Assembly (NCBI GenBank): GCA_964558595.1
Contig: CAZLER010000001.1
Coordinates: 39,779-103,778 of the forward strand
Source: an uncultured Thermotogae bacterium
Lineage (GTDB): Bacteria; Bipolaricaulota; Bipolaricaulia; UBA7950; UBA9294
DNA length: 64,000 bases
Direction: 5' to 3'
The position numbers were made by a program, and so were the translations under genes. Positions 57,724-64,000 of the stretch are shown here, piece by piece; the first letter of the stretch is position 1, and every line of letters begins with the position of its first letter. The notes under the pieces were generated by a model. That model was not told the DNA's origin and made no database searches. It saw only the letters and a list, made by a program, of their open reading frames with translations.

Positions 57724-59619
57724 ATGACACGACGAATCCTCACCGGAAACCAAGCCGTTGCCGCCGCAGCTCTGACCGCCGGCGTTCGCGTTGTCACCGG
57801 GTACCCGGGGACGCCGTCGACCGGATGCCTCGAGGCGCTGCTGCCGATGGATCTCCCCGATCGCCACGTCGAATGGTCGACCAACGAGAAGGTGGCGTTC
57901 GAGATCGCCACGGGTGCGGCCTGGGCGGGGCACCGTGCCCTGTGCACGATGAAGATGACCGGGGTCAACGTCGCCTTCGATGCGCTGATCTCGGTCGCCT
58001 ACTCCGGGACCCGCGGCGGGCTCGTCGTCTACGTGGCCGACGATCCCGGCGTCAGTGCCGGCATGGCGGAACAGGATACGCGCGGGTTCGCCCGCATCGC
58101 CCACCTCCCGATGCTCGAGCCGTCGACCCCGAGGGAGGCGTACGCGTTCGCACGGGCCGCGTTCGAGCTGTCGGAGGCGGTAGGAGCCCCCGTGTTCGTT
58201 CGCCTCACCACGGCGATTGCCCTGGGCCACGCGTTCGTCGACGTCGACGAGCCAACGGCGCCGCGCGCGATTGAGCCGATCCTCGAGAAAGACATCGCGC
58301 GCTACACCAAGGCCGGTGCCGCCATCTGTCGCGCCCAACACGAAGCATCGATCGAGCGGCTGGCAGCGGCCCGGACTTGGATCCGCGAGGCGGGGTTCCA
58401 CCGCCTGGAGGGCGGCGCGACGGCGCGCCGACTGGGTGTCGTCGTCTGTGGCGCCGTCGGAACGTACCTGGACGAGGTGCTCGACGCGGCGCGAACCGAT
58501 GATGACCTCGACGCCGACCCGGCGGTGCTGCGCACCGCAGCTGTCGTTCCGTTTCCCACCGAGGAAGCGTCCCAGCTGCTCGACGGCTGCGATACCCTGC
58601 TCGTCCTCGAGGAACTCGAGCCGTACGCTGAGCAGGAGCTGTACGTGCTCGCCCAGCAACGCCGTTGGAACGGTCGGATTGTCGGCAAGCTCGACGGAAC
58701 GCTCCCTCGCAGTGGCGAGTATTCGGTGGCCGAAATCCTCCGGGGCATGACGGCCTGCAGTCCGCGCATCCTGAACCGCGGCGATGTCGCGCCCGCCGCG
58801 CCTCGCGAGCCGCAGTCCGCGGCCGCCGCAGCGCGCCCGATCACCGTATGCGCCGGATGTCCGCATCGCGGCACCTATCTCGCCATCGACGCCGCCATCC
58901 GCCAAGCCGGATACGCAAAGGACGAGGTGATGGTGACCGGCGACATCGGGTGCACCATTCTCGGCATGAACCCGCCGTTCGAACTCTTATGGAATGAGGT
59001 GTCGATGGGCTCGAGCGTCGGCTTGGCCCAGGGAACCGTGCACGCCGGGGGGTCCACGCCGGTGATCGCCACGATCGGCGACTCGACGCTGTTCCACGGC
59101 GGGCTCCCAGCGTTCGTCAACGCCGTTCACCATCGGGTGCCGTTGGTGGTGGTGGTGCTCGACAACGGCTGGACCGCCATGACCGGAATGCAGGTCAATC
59201 CCGGCACCGACGAGGCACAGCAGACCGGTGACCGGCGGATCGATCCCGCGGCGGTGCTCCGGGGGATCGGGGTCGATCGATGCGTCACGGTCGACCCGTA
59301 CGATCTCGAAGCGACGACCGAGGCGATTGCCACCTCGTTGCGGCGTTCAGCAGGCGTGAGCGCAGTGATCGCGCGCCGCGAGTGCGCGGTGCAGGCACGC
59401 CGCCATGGCGCTCCGACAACGCACATCTCCGTCGATCCGGAGCGGTGCACACGGTGTGGTCGATGCCTGCGCGCCACCGGCTGCCCGGCCCTTTCGATGA
59501 CTGCGGCGGGCGGCAGATCCGAGCGCAGCGTGGCGGTGGATCCCGCGCTGTGCAACGGATGCGGATTGTGCGTGCCGTTCTGTCCCACCGGAGCCCTGAG
59601 GAAGGAGGCCTCCGAATGA
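57724..59619 (+). CDS. iorA: indolepyruvate:ferredoxin oxidoreductase alpha subunit
   Basis: ORF 57385..59619; ATG 57724; TPP-binding 2-oxoacid:ferredoxin oxidoreductase with C-terminal 2x[4Fe-4S] (CTRCGRC.. CNGCGLC). Confidence 0.85.
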   Translation: MTRRILTGNQAVAAAALTAGVRVVTGYPGTPSTGCLEALLPMDLPDRHVEWSTNEKVAFEIATGAAWAGHRALCTMKMTGVNVAFDALISVAYSGTRGGLVVYVADDPGVSAGMAEQDTRGFARIAHLPMLEPSTPREAYAFARAAFELSEAVGAPVFVRLTTAIALGHAFVDVDEPTAPRAIEPILEKDIARYTKAGAAICRAQHEASIERLAAARTWIREAGFHRLEGGATARRLGVVVCGAVGTYLDEVLDAARTDDDLDADPAVLRTAAVVPFPTEEASQLLDGCDTLLVLEELEPYAEQELYVLAQQRRWNGRIVGKLDGTLPRSGEYSVAEILRGMTACSPRILNRGDVAPAAPREPQSAAAAARPITVCAGCPHRGTYLAIDAAIRQAGYAKDEVMVTGDIGCTILGMNPPFELLWNEVSMGSSVGLAQGTVHAGGSTPVIATIGDSTLFHGGLPAFVNAVHHRVPLVVVVLDNGWTAMTGMQVNPGTDEAQQTGDRRIDPAAVLRGIGVDRCVTVDPYDLEATTEAIATSLRRSAGVSAVIARRECAVQARRHGAPTTHISVDPERCTRCGRCLRATGCPALSMTAAGGRSERSVAVDPALCNGCGLCVPFCPTGALRKEASE

Positions 59620-60218
59620 GCTGCGACATCGTGGTGGTCGGAATCGGAGGGCAGGGGGTGGTGACGATCGGCGATCTCCTCCTGCGCAGCGCGTTCGAAA
59701 CCGACCTGCCGGCCTCGTTCTGCCCCACCAAGGGGATGGCGCAGCGGGGCGGATTCGTCAAGGTGGAGTTGCGCCTCGGCCGGGAACGGGCTGGGCCGAG
59801 AATCGGCGATGGGGCCGCCGACCTGGTCGTTTCGCTGGAGCGCTCGGAGTCACTAAGGGCACTCCGCTACGTCCAGGCAGGGGGCTCGTTCCTCCTCTTC
59901 GACGACGTATGGGAGCCCACGCACGTCATGCTCGGCGTGGACCCGTATCCGAGCCGCCGGCAGGTCGTCGCGGAGATCGTGCAGGTTGCCGAAACGGCCA
60001 TCGTCCTCGACCCGGCCCAGCGCCCGGAGGCCGACGGTCATCCTGTCGCAGCCAACGTCTACGTCCTCGGAGCGATGCTCGCCGTTCCCGCGTTGAGCCG
60101 GATCCTCGACGCAGCGGCCGTCGAACGGGTCGTCGCCGAGCGGTGGCCGAACGCGGCCGATGCGAACCGCACCGCCCTGCATGCAGGAAGGGAGCGGATC
60201 CACCGTGAACTGGGCTGA
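59616..60218 (+). CDS. iorB: indolepyruvate oxidoreductase beta subunit
   Basis: ORF 59280..60218; ATG 59616 after RBS GAAGGAGG, ATGA overlap with iorA; ..IVVVGIGGQGVV.. pyruvate/ketoisovalerate oxidoreductase gamma-like domain. Confidence 0.8.
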   Translation: MSCDIVVVGIGGQGVVTIGDLLLRSAFETDLPASFCPTKGMAQRGGFVKVELRLGRERAGPRIGDGAADLVVSLERSESLRALRYVQAGGSFLLFDDVWEPTHVMLGVDPYPSRRQVVAEIVQVAETAIVLDPAQRPEADGHPVAANVYVLGAMLAVPALSRILDAAAVERVVAERWPNAADANRTALHAGRERIHRELG

Positions 60219-62250
60219 GGCGCTGTTTCGACCGCGAGCAGTGGCCGTCTACGGCTCCGCCCGCCCCGGCAAGATCGGTCGTGTCCTGGTCGATCACCTC
60301 CTCGATGGCGGCTATCGAGAGGTCGTCGTGGTCAATCCACGGGCCGAGGGCACCGAGCACGCCGGCGGCGTGCGATCGCTCGACGAGCGCTTGCCTGAGG
60401 CCCCGCCGGTCGATCTCGCCGTGGTCGCCACCCCGGCGCCCACCGTCGAGGCCGTGGTCGCGGACGCGGGAGGGGCCGGGGTAGCGGTCGCCGTCGTCAT
60501 CACCGCCGGCTTCGCGGAGGCCGGCGATGCCGACGCCGAGGGGCGGCTACTCCGCACGGCGGCGTCGCACGGGATCCGTCTGGTCGGCCCGAACTGCGCC
60601 GGAATCGTCAACACCAAGCATCACCTGTACCCGACGTTGGAGACCCGCCCTCCGTGCGGTGACGTCGCATTCGTGTCGCAAAGCGGAGCGCTCGGCGGCG
60701 CCGTGTTGTCGTGGGCCGAACAGCAGGGACTCGGCTTCTCCAAATTCATCTCCTATGGCAACGCGATCGATCTCACCGATGTCGACTTCCTCGATATGCT
60801 GCGCGACGACGACGAGAGCCGTGTGGTCGCCGTCTACCTGGAGACCGTGTCCGACGGACGCCGATTCCTCGAAATCGCCGGCCGCCTGGCCGAAGTGAAA
60901 CCGCTCGTCGTCATCAAGTCCGGCCGATCGTCTGCCGGTGGCCGTGCCACTCGATCCCACACCGGCTCGTTGGCGGGAGAAGACGCGGTGTTCGACGCCG
61001 CCCTCCGGCAAGCCGGCGCCCTCCGCGTCGACGGCATCGAGGAGTTGTTCGATCTGTGCCGGGGATTCGTCGCCCTCCCCCGAATCGGCGGTCGCCGGTT
61101 GGCGATCGTGACCAACGCGGGCGGGCCCGCCGTCCTGGCCGCCGATCGTGCCGAGGCGTGCGGGCTGCGGGTCGATCCTCCCTCTGCTACGCTGCGTCGG
61201 CGGCTGGCGGATCGACTGCCTCCTTTCTGCGGCATCGACAATCCATTCGACCTCACCGTGCAAGCGTCAGGGGACACCTACCGCGACGTGCTGCTCGAGA
61301 CGCTCGCCGAGGCCGACGCGGCGTTGGCGATCAACGTGAACACACCGTACCTGGACGCCGCCACCATGGCGGAAGGGGTCGTCTCCGCCGCGGCACGGAC
61401 CGGAAAGCCGATCGTTGCGTCGTTTCTTGCCGGACGGCCAGCGGAAGCGGCGCTTCCGGTTCTGCACGATGGCGGGGTACCGAACTTCGCCACCGGCGAG
61501 CGTGCCGTGCGGGTGCTCGCTCGGATGGCGCGTGAAGGTGACGCGAAGCGCCCGGCAAACCGCACGCCCGACCGTCATGCCGCGCAGCCGTTGCCGTGGA
61601 CGCGGAGCCCGCTGGAACCGGAGGCGATGGAATGGCTCGCCGAGCTGGGGTTTCCGGTGCTCGGTCGCCGGTGGGCTGCCACCGAGGAGGCGGCGGCGGC
61701 CGCGGTGCGAGAATTCGGGGGTCCGGTGGCGATGAAGGTCGTCAGTCCGGACCTCCTCCACAAGTCCGATGTCGGCGGGGTGCAGCTCAACGTCGGCCCC
61801 GACGCGGTCTCGGCCGTCTTCCGTGAGCTACGCGCCCTCGCCGACGGCGCGTCGTTCCACGGCGTCCTCGTCACCCCGATGGTCGCCGACGCCGTCGAGA
61901 TGCTCGTCGGCGTTTCGCGCGATCCGCAGTTCGGCCCGGTCATCGCCTGCGGAATCGGCGGAATCCACGCCGAGATGCTTGCCGACGTCGCCTTGCGGGT
62001 GGCCCCGGTCCCCCGGGAAGAAGCACGATCGATGGTCGATGATCTGCGCGGCGCGAGCCTCCTGCGCGGCGTCCGGGGTCAACCCCCCCGGGATCTCGAC
62101 GCCCTCGCCGAGCTGATCGCGGGCGTGTCCGAACTCCCGTTCCGTTTTCCGACAATCGCCGAACTCGACCTCAACCCGGTCTTCCTGTTCGACGCCGGGT
62201 TGCGCCTCGCCGACGTCCGCATCCTCCTCGGGGACGAGCCGGCAACGTAG
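60205..62250 (+). CDS. ADP-forming acyl-CoA synthetase (acetyl/aryl-CoA synthetase, fused alpha-beta; NDP-forming)
   Basis: ORF 60160..62250; GTG 60205 after RBS GGAAGGGAG; CoA-binding ..AVYGSARPGKIG.., succinyl-CoA-synthetase-like and ATP-grasp domains. Confidence 0.8.
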   Translation: MNWAEALFRPRAVAVYGSARPGKIGRVLVDHLLDGGYREVVVVNPRAEGTEHAGGVRSLDERLPEAPPVDLAVVATPAPTVEAVVADAGGAGVAVAVVITAGFAEAGDADAEGRLLRTAASHGIRLVGPNCAGIVNTKHHLYPTLETRPPCGDVAFVSQSGALGGAVLSWAEQQGLGFSKFISYGNAIDLTDVDFLDMLRDDDESRVVAVYLETVSDGRRFLEIAGRLAEVKPLVVIKSGRSSAGGRATRSHTGSLAGEDAVFDAALRQAGALRVDGIEELFDLCRGFVALPRIGGRRLAIVTNAGGPAVLAADRAEACGLRVDPPSATLRRRLADRLPPFCGIDNPFDLTVQASGDTYRDVLLETLAEADAALAINVNTPYLDAATMAEGVVSAAARTGKPIVASFLAGRPAEAALPVLHDGGVPNFATGERAVRVLARMAREGDAKRPANRTPDRHAAQPLPWTRSPLEPEAMEWLAELGFPVLGRRWAATEEAAAAAVREFGGPVAMKVVSPDLLHKSDVGGVQLNVGPDAVSAVFRELRALADGASFHGVLVTPMVADAVEMLVGVSRDPQFGPVIACGIGGIHAEMLADVALRVAPVPREEARSMVDDLRGASLLRGVRGQPPRDLDALAELIAGVSELPFRFPTIAELDLNPVFLFDAGLRLADVRILLGDEPAT

Positions 62251-62267
62251 AAGAGAGGAGTGCCTCG

Positions 62268-63371
62268 ATGTCCCCTACCGTCCGACCGCAACGAGGGCTC
62301 GACGCCATCCGTCCGTACGTGCCCGGCAAGCCGATCGAGGAGCTGATGCGAGAGCAGGGCATCGAGGACGTCATCAAGCTGGCATCGAACGAGAATCCGT
62401 TGGGCGTATCGCCCAAGGCGCTTCAAGCGATCCGCGACGCCGCCGCCCACGTGCACCGGTACCCCGATGCCCGCAGCCATGACCTGCGATCGGCGATCGG
62501 CGACCGGTTCGGGTTCTCCCTCGATCAGGTCGCCGTCGGCAACGGGGCGGACGATCTCATCCTGCAGCTGTCGATGGCCTACCTCGAGGACGGCGACGAG
62601 GTGGTGATCAGCCGCTCATCGTTCCCGATCTACGACGGCTACGCCGCGGCGATGCGGGCGACGATCGTCAAGACGCCGCTCGCCCCCGGCTACCGGATCG
62701 ACCTCGATCGGATGGCGGATGCGATCTCCGAACGCACCCGGATCGTCGTCGTGTGCAACCCCAACAATCCCACCGGAACCATCGTACCCATCGGCGCATT
62801 CGACGCCTTCATGGACCGGATCCCCCAGCACGTGCTGATCGTCGTCGACGAAGCGTACGTGGAGATGGTCGATTCCGATGTCTTCCCCGATGCCGCGGAG
62901 CGGGTGCGCGACGGCATGCCGAACCTGCTCGTGTTGCGTACGTTCTCCAAGGTGTATGGGCTGGCCGGACTTCGGCTTGGCTATGCCTTCGGGGAGCCGA
63001 CGACGATCGCCGCCCTCCTGCGGGTGAAGACGGTGTTCAACGTGAACGTCCTCGCTCAGGCCGCCGGCATCGCCGCCCTCCACGATGATGACTTCCTCCG
63101 TCGATCGGTGGAGGCCAATCGGCGCGGACGTCACCAGCTGATGGCCGCGTTCACCAGGCTCGGGCTGGAGTACGCCGACAGCCACACGAATTTCGTGCTC
63201 GTCCGGGTCGGTCCGGCCGATCCCATCTACCGACGTCTACTCGAACGCGGGATCATCGTACGTCCCTGCGCCCCCTACGACCTACCCGAATTCCTTCGGA
63301 TCACCGTCGGTACACCGGAACAGAACGACCGGCTGATTGCCGCGCTCGAACAGCTGCTCCCCCCGACATGA
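62268..63371 (+). CDS. histidinol-phosphate/aromatic amino acid aminotransferase (class II, HisC family)
   Basis: 367 aa; ..KLASNENPLG.., PLP-Lys ..RTFSKVYGLAGLRLGY.. Confidence 0.8.
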   Translation: MSPTVRPQRGLDAIRPYVPGKPIEELMREQGIEDVIKLASNENPLGVSPKALQAIRDAAAHVHRYPDARSHDLRSAIGDRFGFSLDQVAVGNGADDLILQLSMAYLEDGDEVVISRSSFPIYDGYAAAMRATIVKTPLAPGYRIDLDRMADAISERTRIVVVCNPNNPTGTIVPIGAFDAFMDRIPQHVLIVVDEAYVEMVDSDVFPDAAERVRDGMPNLLVLRTFSKVYGLAGLRLGYAFGEPTTIAALLRVKTVFNVNVLAQAAGIAALHDDDFLRRSVEANRRGRHQLMAAFTRLGLEYADSHTNFVLVRVGPADPIYRRLLERGIIVRPCAPYDLPEFLRITVGTPEQNDRLIAALEQLLPPT

Positions 63372-63883
63372 ACGGAGGCGTGCGAGGCGATCCCGCTCCT
63401 GAACTCGTGACGCTCTCCTCACGCCACGTCCCGGAGATGCTGCGGATCTTCAACCACTACGTCGCTGCAGGGTTCGCGGCGTATCCCGAGCAGCCGCTGT
63501 CGGAATCGTCCATCGTCCGTTTCCTGGAGGACGCGGCGAACCACCCGAGGGTGGCGGCCGAGGCGTCGGGCGGACAGCTGCTCGGGTTCGGCTTCCTCCG
63601 TCCTTATTCGACCTATCCCACGTTCTCCCACACTGCCCTGCTGACGGTGTTCCTCGATCCGTCGCAGCGCCGTCGCGGCCTCGGCAGTGCCATCCTCGAG
63701 GCGCTCGAGGACGGGGCGCGCTCCCGTGGGATCGCGGTTCTGCTTGCACATATCTCCTCACGCAACCCGGACAGTCTGGCATTTCACGCTGCCCGCGGCT
63801 TCGTCGCGTGCGGACGTTTTCCCGGCATCGGGCGCAAGCACGGTGTGGCGTTCGACATCGTGTGGATGGTCAAGACGCTGTAG
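63368..63883 (+). CDS. GNAT N-acetyltransferase (phosphinothricin/amino-acid acetyltransferase-like)
   Basis: 171 aa; acetyl-CoA motif ..QRRRGLGSAILEAL..; ATGA overlap with aminotransferase. Confidence 0.75.
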   Translation: MNGGVRGDPAPELVTLSSRHVPEMLRIFNHYVAAGFAAYPEQPLSESSIVRFLEDAANHPRVAAEASGGQLLGFGFLRPYSTYPTFSHTALLTVFLDPSQRRRGLGSAILEALEDGARSRGIAVLLAHISSRNPDSLAFHAARGFVACGRFPGIGRKHGVAFDIVWMVKTL

Positions 63884-64000
63884 TTCGTTGCGCTCAGCTC
63901 GGACCTGGCGATGGCCGGTCGACCGCTTCCTCTCCTTCCACGATTCAGCCTATGATGAGCCCATCTCGCGGCCGGCAGGCCGCAAGCTGCCGAGGAGGGG

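Noticed and set aside
57200-57727. 175-aa plus-strand ORF with internal amino-acid repeats upstream of iorA
   Set aside because: Periodicity comes from the underlying degenerate DNA tandem repeat; composition is Arg/Pro-rich junk, no RBS; treated as non-coding repeat array.
1-64000. Mobile elements, prophage, integrases, tRNA/rRNA genes
   Set aside because: No integrase/transposase/phage structural homologs, terminal inverted repeats or tRNA-like cloverleaf candidates noticed on manual reading; window appears to be core chromosome.

Overview
Gene-dense, ~70% GC chromosomal segment from a high-GC bacterium. GGAGG-type RBSs and many ATGA/GTGA start-stop overlaps suggest a monoderm-like Chloroflexota/Actinomycetota-type organism. 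No rRNA, tRNA, CRISPR, integrase, transposase or prophage genes were found, so this reads as core chromosome rather than an accessory island.

Content in order:
- Partial aspartokinase and a cystathionine gamma-synthase-family gene on the minus strand, preceded by a Met-codon mini-ORF plus terminator leader.
- An orphan transketolase N-subunit, a Nudix hydrolase, an RR-PAS-PAS-HD-GYP regulator, a DmpA-like peptidase and a truncated methyltransferase.
- A nine-gene translationally coupled branched-chain amino acid operon, ilvB-ilvN-ilvC-leuA-leuC-leuD-cimA-leuB-ilvD, preceded by a Leu/Val/Ile-rich leader peptide and a textbook attenuator.
- A cluster of secreted or membrane proteins: a 889-aa tandem-duplicated alpha/beta-hydrolase-like protein, an M55 DppA-like peptidase, a patatin-like lipase, a membrane-tethered CxxC glutaredoxin-fold protein and a YfcE-type phosphoesterase.
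- A PadR regulator coupled to a siderophore/B12-type ABC importer.
- HAD hydrolase, oligoribonuclease, PlsC-like acyltransferase, MFS transporter and cold-shock protein.
- A zinc-ribbon ORF and a DUF4389 membrane protein.
- A second Cys/Met PLP enzyme, a VIT-vWA secreted protein and L-serine dehydratase.
- A second YfcE phosphoesterase preceded by a frameshifted Cys-rich secreted protein.
- A P-type ATPase.
- A B12-radical SAM / AstE-AspA / amidohydrolase / doubly frameshifted M24 peptidase cluster.
- A GntR regulator followed by two paralogous xanthine-dehydrogenase-family molybdoenzyme sets, one with an unusual fused FAD-[2Fe-2S] subunit.
- A ~590-bp intergenic region of degenerate ~95-bp tandem repeats.
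- An archaeal-type aromatic amino acid catabolic module: indolepyruvate:ferredoxin oxidoreductase IorAB, ADP-forming acyl-CoA synthetase, HisC-family aminotransferase and a GNAT.

The most plausible undescribed elements are the Met-codon leader attenuator, the tandem-duplicated secreted hydrolase and its neighbourhood, the repeat array upstream of iorA, and the radical SAM-centred cluster. Three genes show frameshifts, so assembly indel errors must be ruled out before calling pseudogenes.
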